Shown: positions 38,372-48,373 of the stretch, one piece after another
Numbering within the stretch: the first letter of the stretch is position 1
Layout: every line of letters begins with the position of its first letter
Notes under the pieces: model-generated
Told to the model about the DNA's origin: nothing
Database searches by the model: none
The model's input: only the letters and a program-made list of their open reading frames with translations
Source of the DNA: Alphaproteobacteria bacterium
GTDB taxonomy: Bacteria > Pseudomonadota > Alphaproteobacteria > UBA828
Assembly (NCBI GenBank): GCA_963667785.2
Contig: CAXXMU010000006.1
Span: forward strand, 640,001-704,000
DNA: 64,000 nucleotides
Direction of reading: 5' to 3'
Position numbers and translations under genes: made by a program

Positions 38372-38409
38372 AACGGGCATCGCCGCACCTCCCCGCGGCG
38401 GTGCCCGTT
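38372..38409. terminator. Hairpin between convergent aceA and dioxygenase genes
   Basis: AACGGGCATCGCCGC-acctcccc-GCGGCGGTGCCCGTT, a 15-bp stem. Confidence 0.7.
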
Positions 38410-38419
38410 CTTCGTCGAC

Positions 38420-39055
38420 TCAGGCCGGCGTCAGCACGAAGTCGAAGCGCGCGTGCCAGCCGTCGCCGGCACGGTCGAGCCGCATCGTCAGCTCTTCCCG
38501 GTAGATGACGTCGCCGGCGTTGGCCTGCCCCATGTCGGGGAAATAGACCTGGGTGGTGAGCAGGCGCGTCGCCTCGCCCTGGACCTTGACGTGGATGTGC
38601 GGCGTGCGGCCGCCGTAGCGCACGGGCCGGATGGTCTCGAAGCGGAAGGCGCCCGCGGCGTCGGTGAACTGATGTCCGCGGTAGCGGAAGCCGCGGTTGT
38701 CGTAGTCGCCGCGCTCGTCGCAGTGCCAGATGTCGATCACCGCGCCGGCCACCGGCCGGCAGTCCGGCGTCAGCACCAGGCCCTGGACGGCCAGCGGCTC
38801 CCCCGCCGTCCCCGGCTCGCGCAGAATGGCGCGGCGTGGCGTCTTGGGCGTGTAGAAGGGCCCCTCCGTCTGCGCCGGCGTGCCGGGCGTGCACGCGAGC
38901 GGCGGCGCGAGACCGAGGTCGCGCTCGGGCGCCGGGCCCTCGAACGCATAGTCGAGCGGCGTCCCCCAGGCGAGGGCCTGCGTGGGTGCGACGACCGCCC
39001 CGGCGGCAGCGGTCGCGAGACCGGCAAGCGCTGAGCGCCTGGTCAGGGAGCGCAC
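38420..39055 (-). CDS. Intradiol ring-cleavage dioxygenase family, Tat-exported
   Basis: TRRSAL Tat motif; QTEGPFY, IWHCDERGDY, YGGRTPHIHVKV. Confidence 0.9.
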   Translation of the reverse strand: MRSLTRRSALAGLATAAAGAVVAPTQALAWGTPLDYAFEGPAPERDLGLAPPLACTPGTPAQTEGPFYTPKTPRRAILREPGTAGEPLAVQGLVLTPDCRPVAGAVIDIWHCDERGDYDNRGFRYRGHQFTDAAGAFRFETIRPVRYGGRTPHIHVKVQGEATRLLTTQVYFPDMGQANAGDVIYREELTMRLDRAGDGWHARFDFVLTPA

Positions 39056-39089
39056 CGCCTTCGCGCTCCGCCCGCCGCTTCCCCCGGCG

Positions 39090-40820
39090 TCACGCCGTGG
39101 CCGCCGCCGGCCCGGCCTGCGGGCCGCGGATGAGGCGGCCGGGGAGCGCGCCGGTCGCCTCGCCGTCGCGATAGACCGGGGCGCCGGAGAGCACCGTCGC
39201 CACGTAGCCCTCGGCCCGCTGGATGAGGCGGCGGCCGCCGGCCGGCAGGTCGTAGACCGGCTCCGGACAGTGCAGCGAAAGCCTGTCGAGGTCGATCACG
39301 TTGAGATCGGCCTTGAAGCCGGGCCGGAGCAGGCCGCGGTCGGTCAGGCCGAGGGCCAGCGCATTGTCGCGGGTCATGCGCCTGACCGCCCAGGGAAGCT
39401 CCATGCGCGCGCCCGCCGCCCGGTCGCGCACCCAGTGGACCAGCATGTAGGTGAACGCGCTCGCATCGCACAGCATGCCCACATGGGCGCCGCCGTCGCC
39501 GAGGCTCACCAGGGTATTGGGATGCCGGAGCATCTCGCCCACCGCGTCGAGGGAGCCCTCGCTGTAGTTGCTGACCGGCCGGTAGAGCAATGCCTTGCCG
39601 TCCCTCTCCAGCAGGTAGTCGTAGGCGACGTCCTCGGGCGTGCGCCCCTCGCGGGCTGCGATGGCGGCGACGCTCTGCTCGTCGGACGGCTCGTAGTTCG
39701 GCGGCGTGCCGAGCGGATAGAGCCGATCCCAGCTCGAGACGCGACGGGCGAGGGAGGGGTTCGCACATTCCTCGGCGAAGAGGCGGGCGCGGAAGGCAGG
39801 ATGCCGCAAAATCTCCAGCTTCTCCGCGAGCGGCCGCTGCGCGATCGCCTCCCAGCTCGGCCGCCCGGAGAACGGATTGATGGAAATCTCGAAGCCGAGC
39901 AGGACGCCGGTCGCGCGCGTCAGCGTCTGGCCGATGATCGGCAGGCCGTCGCGGTTCGCCTCGGCGATGTGGTCGAGGATCCGGCGCCAGCCGTCCGGCC
40001 TGCGGTCGACCTGCAGGATCGTGATCGCCAGCGGCCGGCGGCTGCGCTCGACCACGCGCCGCAGCATGGCGAACTCCGCGTCCAGATCGTCGAAGTCCGA
40101 GATTACCTGCAGCCAGCCGGCCCCGACCTCGCCCATCGCGGCGCCGATGGCGGTGAGCTCGTCCTCGGCCGCGGTCAGCGTGGGGATCGGGCGGCCGTCG
40201 AGGGTCTTGTGGTTGAGGGTGCGCGAGGTGGAGAAGCCCAAGGCACCGGCGCGCACGCCCTCCGCCGCGAGCTCGGCCATGGCCGCGTTGTCCTCGGCCG
40301 TGGCGGGCTCGCGCTTCACGCCGCGTTCGCCCATGACGAAGACCCGGACCGGCGAGTGCGGCACCTGCGCCGCGATATCGAGGTCGTAGGGCCTGGCGTC
40401 CAGCGCATCCATGTATTGCTCGAAGCTCTGCCAGCTCCAGGGCAGGCCCTCGTCCAGCACCGCACCGGGGATGTCCTCGACGCCTTCCATGAACTCCACC
40501 AGCGTCTCCCGCTGGTCGGGCCGGCAGGGGGCGAAGCCGACGCCGCAATTGCCGATCATCGCCGTGGTGACGCCGTTCCACGACGACGGCGTGATCCGGC
40601 TGCTCCATGTCGCCTGCGCGTCGTAGTGGGTGTGGGGGTCGATGAAGCCCGGCGTGACGATCATGCCGCGCGCGTCGATCTCTTCCGATCCCGGCCCGAG
40701 GCCGGGGCCGACCGCCGCGATGCACCCGCCCGCGATCCCGACATCCGCGTCGAAGGGCTCGCCGCCTGCGCCGTCCACCACCGTGCCGCCGCGAATCACC
40801 AGCGTATATGGACTGCTCAC
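39090..40820 (-). CDS. N-acyl-D-amino-acid deacylase family amidohydrolase
   Basis: IRGGTVVDG, PGFIDPHTHYD, GNCGVGFAP, GDGGAHVG, ADLNVID. Confidence 0.93.
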   Translation of the reverse strand: MSSPYTLVIRGGTVVDGAGGEPFDADVGIAGGCIAAVGPGLGPGSEEIDARGMIVTPGFIDPHTHYDAQATWSSRITPSSWNGVTTAMIGNCGVGFAPCRPDQRETLVEFMEGVEDIPGAVLDEGLPWSWQSFEQYMDALDARPYDLDIAAQVPHSPVRVFVMGERGVKREPATAEDNAAMAELAAEGVRAGALGFSTSRTLNHKTLDGRPIPTLTAAEDELTAIGAAMGEVGAGWLQVISDFDDLDAEFAMLRRVVERSRRPLAITILQVDRRPDGWRRILDHIAEANRDGLPIIGQTLTRATGVLLGFEISINPFSGRPSWEAIAQRPLAEKLEILRHPAFRARLFAEECANPSLARRVSSWDRLYPLGTPPNYEPSDEQSVAAIAAREGRTPEDVAYDYLLERDGKALLYRPVSNYSEGSLDAVGEMLRHPNTLVSLGDGGAHVGMLCDASAFTYMLVHWVRDRAAGARMELPWAVRRMTRDNALALGLTDRGLLRPGFKADLNVIDLDRLSLHCPEPVYDLPAGGRRLIQRAEGYVATVLSGAPVYRDGEATGALPGRLIRGPQAGPAAATA

Positions 40821-40972
40821 CGTCGCCCCCTTCACACTCCCGGAGAGAGGTCCATTAGAAGGATTTCGCGCCCCGCCGCAAGGACGGAAAACGTCGAGGC
40901 CAGGCGATTGCCTCTCCGGGCACGGCCCGCCACACTCGGCCGACCGCACGGAGAGATCGGGAGACGCTCACA

Positions 40973-42160
40973 ATGCTGACCAGCGAAGACCGGATGCTCA
41001 CCACACACGCCGGCAGCCTGCCGCGCCCGCCGGCCCTGGAGACGCTGCTGATCGAGCGGGAGCGGGGCGCGGCCATCGACGCGGGCGAATTCGAGCGGGC
41101 GGTCGCCGACGCCATCGACTGGGTCGTCGCCAGGCAGCTCGAGAGCGGCGTCGACATCGGCGGCGACGGCGAGGAATCCCGCGTCGGCTTCCAGACCTAC
41201 GTGCCGCAGCGCATGTCGGGCTTCGGCGGCGAATCCCAGCGCAACATGCTGACCGACATGGTGAAGTTCCCCGGCTACGCGCAGATGTTCACCGAGCGCA
41301 CCTGGAGCCGGGACAAGGAGCGGCCCAAGGTCTGGAACGCGCCGCAGGCGCAGACGGCGGTGGTCTACGAGCCCGATCTCGCCGACGTGACTTTCGAGCT
41401 CGATCAGTTCGCGGCGTCGCTGGAGCGGTCCGACCGGAGCTTCGCCGAGACCTTCGTGACCGCCGCCTCGCCCGGCATCGTCTCCACCACCATGCTGCGG
41501 GCCGAGGACAATCCCGACTATCCGCGCGACGAGGACTACGTGATGGCGCTCGGCCACGAGCTGAAGAAGGAGTACGACGCCATCGTCGCCGCGGGCCATC
41601 TGCTGCAGATCGACGCCCCCGACCTCGCCATGGAGCGCCAGTTCATGTTCCAGGACCGTCCGCTCGACGAGTTCCTGGATCGGGTCGCGCTGCACATCAG
41701 GGCGCTCAACGTCGCCGTCGCCGACATCCCGGCGGAGAAAACCCGGCTCCACGTCTGCTTCGGCAACTGGGACGGCCCCCATATCGACGACTGCGATCTC
41801 GAGCCGCTGCTGCCGCTGCTCTACGAGGCCAAGGTCGGCGCGCTCAGCATCGCCTGCTCCAACCCGCGCCACCAGCACGAGTGGAAGGTGCTCAAGGCGA
41901 ACCCGCCGCCGGAGCCCATGATCCTGATCCCGGGCGTGATCGACGTGACCACCAACTATCTGGAGCACCCGGAGGTGGTGGCGGACCGCATCTGCCTCTA
42001 TGCCGAGGTGATGAGCGACAAGCGGCGCGTCATCGCCGGCACCGACTGCGGCTTCAGCACCTTCGCGAGCTACCAGTTCGTCGCCGACGACGTGGCGTGG
42101 GCCAAGCTGCGCATGCTCGCCGACGGCGCCGCACTGGCCACCGAGCGGCTCTGGGGGTAG
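40973..42160 (+). CDS. Cobalamin-independent methionine synthase II family protein
   Basis: TTHAGSLPRP, LQIDAPDL, HVCFGN, PGVID, GTDCGF. Confidence 0.92.
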   Translation: MLTSEDRMLTTHAGSLPRPPALETLLIERERGAAIDAGEFERAVADAIDWVVARQLESGVDIGGDGEESRVGFQTYVPQRMSGFGGESQRNMLTDMVKFPGYAQMFTERTWSRDKERPKVWNAPQAQTAVVYEPDLADVTFELDQFAASLERSDRSFAETFVTAASPGIVSTTMLRAEDNPDYPRDEDYVMALGHELKKEYDAIVAAGHLLQIDAPDLAMERQFMFQDRPLDEFLDRVALHIRALNVAVADIPAEKTRLHVCFGNWDGPHIDDCDLEPLLPLLYEAKVGALSIACSNPRHQHEWKVLKANPPPEPMILIPGVIDVTTNYLEHPEVVADRICLYAEVMSDKRRVIAGTDCGFSTFASYQFVADDVAWAKLRMLADGAALATERLWG

Positions 42161-42163
42161 GGC

Positions 42164-44611
42164 TCAGCCCCTGATGCGGCTCGAGGTGGGGTCGTAGAGC
42201 GGGCGGAGGGAGGCCTTCGCCGGGTAACGCTCTCCCGCGACTTCGATCTCGTAGCGGCCGGCATTCACGTAGTCCGCGTCGACGCCCGCCTCGTTCTCCA
42301 CATAGCCGAGGCCGATTGCGCCCCCTAGCGTGTGGCCGTACATGCCGGAGCGGACGTAGCCGCAGATCGCATCGTCCCGCCAGATCGGCTCGTTGTGATA
42401 GAGCAGCGGCGCGGGGTCTTCGAGCAGGAACTGGACGAGGCGCTGGCGGAGTCCCTGCTCCCGCTGGCGCAGCACCGCATCCCGCCCGATGAAGGGCACG
42501 GGCTTGTCGGGCTTCACCGCGAAGCCGAGGCCCGCCTCCAGCGGCGTGTCGGCATCGGTGATGTCGTGGCCGTAGTGGCGGTAGGCCTTCTCGATCCTGA
42601 GCGAGTTCATGGCATGCATGCCGACCGGGCGGAGCCCGACCCCGTCGCCGGCCTCGACCAGTGCGTCGTAGACGCCCGCTGCGAACTCGGTGGAGATGTA
42701 GAGCTCCCAGCCGAGCTCGCCGACGTAGGTGATGCGCGAGGCGCGGACGACGGCCCGGCCGAGCTCGATCTCCCGGCTGGTGCCGAAGGGGAAGGCGTCG
42801 TTGCCTAGATCGTCCGGGCTCAATGACTGCAGCAGGTCCCTGGCGCGGGGGCCCATGACGCCGAGAACGGCAAGGCCGGAGGTGACGTCCGTCAGCACCG
42901 CGTGCGCGCCGTCGGCGATGTGCCGTCTCAGCCAGAGCGCGTCGCGCACCTGGAACTCGCCGGAGGTCACGATCAGGTAGTCGTCGTCCGCGAGCCTCGT
43001 CACGGTGAGGTCGGCCTCGATCCCGCCCGCCTCGTTGAGCCACTGGGTGTAGACGATGCGGCCCGGCGGCACGTCCACCTCGTTGGCGGAGACCCGGCCC
43101 AGAGCTTTCGCGGCGTCGCGCCCCTGCAGCCGAAACTTGGCGAACGAGGTCTGGTCGAGGAGACCCACCCCCTGCCTGACCGCGCGGTGCTCTTCCGCCG
43201 ACACATCGAACCAGTTCTGCCGGCCGAAGCTGTATTCGTAGCAGGGCTCCATGCCGTCCGTCGCGTACCAGTTGGGCCGCTCCCAGCCGAAGGCCTCGCC
43301 ATGGCAAGCGCCGCGGGCGGCCAGGCGATCGTGAAAGGGCGAGCGGCGCACCCCCCGCGCCGTCGCGTATTGGCGGAAGGGCCAGTGGTCGTCGTAGAGG
43401 AGGCCGAGGGTCTCGCTCACCCGCTCCCGCAGATAGCGCCGGTTGGTCTGGAAGGGGAGCACGCGGCGTATGTCCACGTCCCACATGTCGACGAGCGGCC
43501 GGCCGCTCTCGATGCATTCCGCCAGCACCTTGCCTGCGCCGCCGGCGGACTGGATGCCGATGGAGTTGAAGCCGGCGGCGACGTAGCAGCCGGCGAGCCC
43601 GGGCGCTTCGCCCAGATGGTAGCGGTCGTCGGGGGTGAAGCTCTCCGGCCCGCAGAAGAAGGTCTGGATGCCGGTCTCCGCCAGCGCCGGCATGCGCTGC
43701 AGCGCCTGGGTCAGGATCGGCTCGAAGTGGTCCCAGTCGTCGGGGAGCTGGTCGAAGCCGAAGTCCTCCGGAATCCCCTCCATGCCCCAGGGCTTGGCAT
43801 CGGGCTCGAAGGCGCCCAGGAGAATCTTTCCGGCGTCTTCCTTGTAATAGGCGCAGTGGTCGTAGTCGCGCAGCACGGGCAGATCGGCGGGCAGGCCGTC
43901 GATGGGCTCGGTCATCACGTAGAAGTGCTCGCAGGCGTGGAGCGGCACATGCACGCCGACGGAGGCCGCAAGATCGCGCGTCCACATGCCGGCCGCGAGC
44001 ACCACCGCCTCTGCCGCGACGGCGCCGTCCGGGGTCTCCACGCCGGTGATGCGCTCGCCGTCGTGGGCGATCGCGGTGACGGGCACGCCCTCGCGGATCA
44101 GCACGCCGCCGTCCCGCGCGCCCTTGGCGAGCGCCCGGGTCACGTCGATGGGGTTGGCCTGACCGTCGGACGGGATGAAGATCCCGCCCACCACGTCGTC
44201 GACGGCGATCAGCGGGTAGCGCTCCTTGATCTCGTCCGGGCCGAGCACGTCGACGCGAAGATCGAACACCTTGGCCATCGAGGCGCTGCGCTTCAGCTCC
44301 TCGAAGCGGCCCTCGTGCGTGGCGAGCGATATCGAGCCGTTCTGCCTGAAGCCGGTCGCCTGGCCGGTCTCCGCCTCGAGGCCCGTGTAGAGCTCGGCCG
44401 TGTACTTGGCGAGCTCGGTCATGCGCTTGGAGGGGCGGAGCTGGCCGATGAGGCCGGCGGCGTGCCAGGTCGTGCCGCAGGTGAGCTCGCGGCGCTCCAG
44501 CAGCACCACGTCGGAGACGCCGCGCTTCGCCAGGTGATAGGCGACGGAGCAGCCCACCACGCCGCCGCCGACGATCACGACCCGTGCCGAGCGGGGAAGA
44601 TCCCGAGCCAT
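42164..44611 (-). CDS. FAD-dependent sarcosine/dimethylglycine dehydrogenase-like GcvT family protein
   Basis: IVGGGVVG, GTTWHAAGL, GPESFTPD, GWERPNWY, TYVGELGWE, LRIEKAY. Confidence 0.94.
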   Translation of the reverse strand: MARDLPRSARVVIVGGGVVGCSVAYHLAKRGVSDVVLLERRELTCGTTWHAAGLIGQLRPSKRMTELAKYTAELYTGLEAETGQATGFRQNGSISLATHEGRFEELKRSASMAKVFDLRVDVLGPDEIKERYPLIAVDDVVGGIFIPSDGQANPIDVTRALAKGARDGGVLIREGVPVTAIAHDGERITGVETPDGAVAAEAVVLAAGMWTRDLAASVGVHVPLHACEHFYVMTEPIDGLPADLPVLRDYDHCAYYKEDAGKILLGAFEPDAKPWGMEGIPEDFGFDQLPDDWDHFEPILTQALQRMPALAETGIQTFFCGPESFTPDDRYHLGEAPGLAGCYVAAGFNSIGIQSAGGAGKVLAECIESGRPLVDMWDVDIRRVLPFQTNRRYLRERVSETLGLLYDDHWPFRQYATARGVRRSPFHDRLAARGACHGEAFGWERPNWYATDGMEPCYEYSFGRQNWFDVSAEEHRAVRQGVGLLDQTSFAKFRLQGRDAAKALGRVSANEVDVPPGRIVYTQWLNEAGGIEADLTVTRLADDDYLIVTSGEFQVRDALWLRRHIADGAHAVLTDVTSGLAVLGVMGPRARDLLQSLSPDDLGNDAFPFGTSREIELGRAVVRASRITYVGELGWELYISTEFAAGVYDALVEAGDGVGLRPVGMHAMNSLRIEKAYRHYGHDITDADTPLEAGLGFAVKPDKPVPFIGRDAVLRQREQGLRQRLVQFLLEDPAPLLYHNEPIWRDDAICGYVRSGMYGHTLGGAIGLGYVENEAGVDADYVNAGRYEIEVAGERYPAKASLRPLYDPTSSRIRG

Positions 44612-45282
44612 CAGCGGCCCTCCGCGGCGCGTGCCGATGCGAGCTGCCTGATCTCGCCCAGCGCGGAATCGAGGTCGCGCACCTCGGCCCAGCCGACCCG
44701 CATCATCTCGATCGCGGGCTCGTGCAGGTGCGGTAGCGTCGTGCCCGTGCACTCCTCGATCACGATGGGCTTGAAGTCGCGGAACATCGCGTCCTTCGAG
44801 GTGGCCGCGACGCATTGATTGGTGAGCACGCCCGTCATCAGCACCGTCTCCGCCCGCAAGCCCCGCAGGACGACCTCCAGATCGGTGCCGTAGAAGGCGC
44901 TGAGCCGCGTCTTCGCGACGTACCAGTCGTCCTGCTCCGGCTCCAGGTCCGCCAGGACCTCCCAGCCCCAGGTCTCGCGCCTGAGGCCGCCGTCGGCGAG
45001 GAAGGGCCGGAGCTGCATGAACGGCCCGCCGTCGTCCGCGCCCCTGATGCCGTGACGGGTCCAGACGACGGGGATGCGCGCGCGGCGCGCCGCCGCGAGC
45101 AGCGCCTTCAGCGGCTCGATGCAGCGGCGCATGTGGCCGATGTCGATGCCCTTGGCCGCGTACCAGCCATCGGCGTGGAGGAAGTCGTTCTGCGCGTCGA
45201 TCACGACCAGCGCCGTCCGCCCCGGCACGAGGTCCCAGTGCGCCGCCTCGAAGGGCAATGCGTGCGCGTCTTCGTCCGTCAT
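44611..45282 (-). CDS. Isochorismatase-family cysteine hydrolase
   Basis: TALVVIDAQNDF, KTRLSAF, GVLTNQCV (Asp-Lys-Cys triad). Confidence 0.92.
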   Translation of the reverse strand: MTDEDAHALPFEAAHWDLVPGRTALVVIDAQNDFLHADGWYAAKGIDIGHMRRCIEPLKALLAAARRARIPVVWTRHGIRGADDGGPFMQLRPFLADGGLRRETWGWEVLADLEPEQDDWYVAKTRLSAFYGTDLEVVLRGLRAETVLMTGVLTNQCVAATSKDAMFRDFKPIVIEECTGTTLPHLHEPAIEMMRVGWAEVRDLDSALGEIRQLASARAAEGR

Positions 45283-45408
45283 GGCATCTCGTTCCGATCT
45301 CCGTTGCCGGCGGGCACCGTATCACCCGAGACCCGGAATTGAGAGCCGCGCCATGCCGCCGGCGGCGGCAGGTGCCAGCGGCCCGGAATTGGCGTATTCC
45401 CGACGCCC

Positions 45409-45682
45409 ATGAGGGGCGGTGCAAGGGGCGCGGAAGACGCGGGCCGGACAGGCGGGGGCGCGGGACGGCAGTCCGCAGGCGCCGTCTTCGTGGCCTTCCT
45501 CATGCTGGGGCCCACCTCCTTCGGCGGCCCGGTGGCCCATATCGGCTACTTTCGCGAGGCCTTCGTCGCCGGCTACGGCGCCGCGCAGGCGCTGCCGGGG
45601 CCGCTCTTCACCTTCGCCGCCTAACTTGGCGCGGTGGCGGGCATCGGGCCGGGCGGGGTGCCGGGCGGCCTGCTCTGCCGGT
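45409..45682 (+). pseudogene. chrA: Chromate efflux transporter remnant with large internal deletion and nonsense codon
   Basis: N-terminal FLMLGPTSFGGPVAHIGYFREAFV joined directly to C-terminal-half AGYGAAQALPGPLFTFAA*LGAV. Confidence 0.85.
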
Positions 45683-45800
45683 GAACCCGGCAGGCGGTGT
45701 CGCACGGGCTCCGCCGGGGCGCTTACCGCGGGCGGGCACGGCCCGCAGCGACCGGTGGCGTTCCGCAACCGGACAGCGCAGGTCGGAGCCGTCCCTCCCT

Positions 45801-45914
45801 TCAGCTAACCGCGATGGCCAAGGCGATCGTGGCGCCGATTGCCGCGAGAAGCGAAATCAGAATCCATCGGTACGCGCCGGTGCCTCGTTGGACGGCCGCT
45901 CTCGGGAGCCTCAT
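45801..45914 (-). CDS. Putative 37-aa single-TM small protein
   Basis: MRLPRAAVQRGTGAYRWILISLLAAIGATIALAIAVS; GAGGA 11 nt upstream. Confidence 0.4.
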   Translation of the reverse strand: MRLPRAAVQRGTGAYRWILISLLAAIGATIALAIAVS

Positions 45915-46243
45915 GGCTGTTCAGTCCTCGAATGGTGAGCAGGAATGGTCCCCGACTGCGGCGACCGACGTCATGTCCAGCACAGCGGCGTGAAAAGGGC
46001 CCGATCCCCATGTCGGAGCACTCAGACGTCTTCCTGCCGATCTGGGGCAGTCCGCTTGGGAAGGCGCATGTTATCCATATGTTCCGGATATGGAGCTCGT
46101 GGCCATGGGGTTCAAGGATGCGTCGAGCGGGCGTGGCTTGAGTGGGCCCCATGCCGTGGCGGCAGGACGCCACGGGCAAGGCCGCCCGCCAGCATGAACG
46201 GCCCATCGTACGCCGCCGGCCAACCGGGTGTCGTGGATGTCCG

Positions 46244-46591
46244 TCAGGTGGTCGTGTCGCCGGTTTTCAGCATCTCCGAACAAGCCTTGACGACGTCGGG
46301 ATCGGCTGTTTCTGATCCCACCAGGATGACGGTGAAATTCTCTGCCAACTCGTTGCGGGCGTCGCGCGCCTGGTACCCGGAGAGATCGCTGGCGTCGTTG
46401 CTGGCATGCCGGTGAGCCTTGGCCAACGAGTTGCAAATGGTGGCCTGCCCGTCGATCCAGGCGGTCCGCACCTGATCATCCCTGGAGCCGCTGGTGACGA
46501 CCCAGCCAGTCGCAGAGGCGACGATGGCGACGGCAGCAGCGCCGCCCACGATGCCCAAAACAAACGGTTTAATCCTATCGCGATTGATCAT
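46244..46591 (-). CDS. Hypothetical membrane-anchored protein
   Basis: GGGAGG RBS; IKPFVLGIVGGAAAVAIV...GW TM segment, two Cys; resembles a small alphaproteobacterial hypothetical family. Confidence 0.75.
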   Translation of the reverse strand: MINRDRIKPFVLGIVGGAAAVAIVASATGWVVTSGSRDDQVRTAWIDGQATICNSLAKAHRHASNDASDLSGYQARDARNELAENFTVILVGSETADPDVVKACSEMLKTGDTTT

Positions 46592-47039
46592 AAATCCTCC
46601 CGTGTGGTTAGTTGATACAATTATGCGAAAAATATCTTACGCACAGAGGGAGCGAATCAGCAAGATGTTTATTTGTAATTTCTCCAAAATAGAGCCATGA
46701 GTACTACGGATTCATGCGATTGTTTCATGAAATCAAGGAGATGGCTTCTAAAAAATATTTTCCGGTCCAGTGTTTTATTGATCTTTTTCGCAGTAGATCA
46801 CAGCTCCACGTCGAGAGCCGTTCAGCAGCGGGGTGATCGCGGAGTGGCCCTTCAGAATTTCTTGCACCGCCGGCAGGACCGGACCGTCACGAAGACGGCC
46901 AATCGCTTCTCCTCCATCCGACGATGCTGTCGCAGCGGTGCACCGGCGACGAGTCGCAAAGAGATCGTGCTGCTGGTTTTCTGGAAGGTGCCGCCCTGGG
47001 CCGTGGTGATCCGGGGCGCGCTGGCGGGCCGGGGGATCG

Positions 47040-48332
47040 GTGCGCTCGCCGGCTGAGCCGCCCGTGGCAGGCGGCGGGGCGCTGTGGCGGCTGCAGCCGC
47101 TCACCGCCATCGTGATCTGCTTCGGCGCGGTCTTCGTGCTGAGCCAGTTCTTCCGCGCCTCCAACGCCGTCATCGCGAAGACGCTGAGCGCCGAGTTCGG
47201 CCTTTCGCCGGAAGCGCTCGGCCTGCTCACCGGGCTGTTCTTCCTCTCCTTCGGCGCAGCCCAGATCCCGGTGGGCATGCTGTTCGACCGTTTCGGCGCA
47301 CGCCGCACGGTGCCCGTGGTGCTCACCGCCGCGATCGCGGGCTCGCTTCTCTACGGCATGGCCGACGGCGAGGCGATGCTGATGGCAGGGCGCTTGCTGC
47401 TGGGCGTCGGCTGCTCGGGCGTGCTCATGGGCTCGCTCTTCCTCTTCGGCCAGTGGGCGCCCGCGGCCGCCTTTAGCACCTGGATGGGACGGATGATCGC
47501 GATCGGCGGCGCCGGCGGGCTGCTGTCGACGACGCCGCTCGCCGCGGTTGCGGAGACGCTCGGCTGGCGCACGGCCTTCTGGGGCGCGGCGGGGCTGACC
47601 GCGGCAGGCGCCATCGCGATCTATGCGATGGCGCGGGACCGGCCGGCAGGCGGAGCGCACGGCTCGGCGGGCGCCGAGGGGCTCGCCGGCAGCCTGCGGG
47701 GCGTGCGCGCGGCACTGGCGACGCCGGGCTTCCCCACGCTCACCCTGATGGGGTTCTCGTCCTATCCGGTCGTCATCACGGTGCTCGGCCTCTGGGGCGG
47801 ACCCTTCCTCGAGGACCGCCACGGGCTCGGGCCGGTCGCGGTCGGCAACGCCCTGCTGGTGATGGCGGCGGTGCTGATCGTCGCCAACCTGGCACTGGGT
47901 CCGCTGGAGCGGCGGATGGACACGCGCAAGGGCCTCATCCTCGCCTGCGCCGCCGCCGTCGTCCTCGCGCTTGGGCTGCTCGCCGCGCTGCCGGGGCTCG
48001 CCACCTGGGCGGTGATTCTCCTCTTCGCCGTCATCGGCGGCTGCGGCTCCTACAACATCATCCTCGCGGGCCATGCGCGCTCGCTGCTGCCCGACCGGCT
48101 CGCCGGGCGCGGCATGGCGCTGATGGCGATCGCCTTCATGGGCGGGCCGGCGGTGCTGCAGGCGCTGGGAGGCGTGATCGTCGGCGCCTTCCCCGCCACC
48201 GACGGCGTCGCACCGGCGCTGGCCTACCAGGCGCTCTTCGCCTTCCTCGCCGCGCTGGTGGCGCTGGCGTGCGTGGCCTATGTGCGCTTGCCCGACGCGA
48301 AGCCGAGCGCGGGCTTCGCCGCGGAGAGCTGA
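47040..48332 (+). CDS. MFS transporter
   Basis: About 12 TM segments, GMLFDRFGARR motif A. Confidence 0.93.
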   Translation: MRSPAEPPVAGGGALWRLQPLTAIVICFGAVFVLSQFFRASNAVIAKTLSAEFGLSPEALGLLTGLFFLSFGAAQIPVGMLFDRFGARRTVPVVLTAAIAGSLLYGMADGEAMLMAGRLLLGVGCSGVLMGSLFLFGQWAPAAAFSTWMGRMIAIGGAGGLLSTTPLAAVAETLGWRTAFWGAAGLTAAGAIAIYAMARDRPAGGAHGSAGAEGLAGSLRGVRAALATPGFPTLTLMGFSSYPVVITVLGLWGGPFLEDRHGLGPVAVGNALLVMAAVLIVANLALGPLERRMDTRKGLILACAAAVVLALGLLAALPGLATWAVILLFAVIGGCGSYNIILAGHARSLLPDRLAGRGMALMAIAFMGGPAVLQALGGVIVGAFPATDGVAPALAYQALFAFLAALVALACVAYVRLPDAKPSAGFAAES

Positions 48333-48373
48333 CGCCCCAGCCGGACGGCTATTCGCGAAAGACGGAGTACCCG

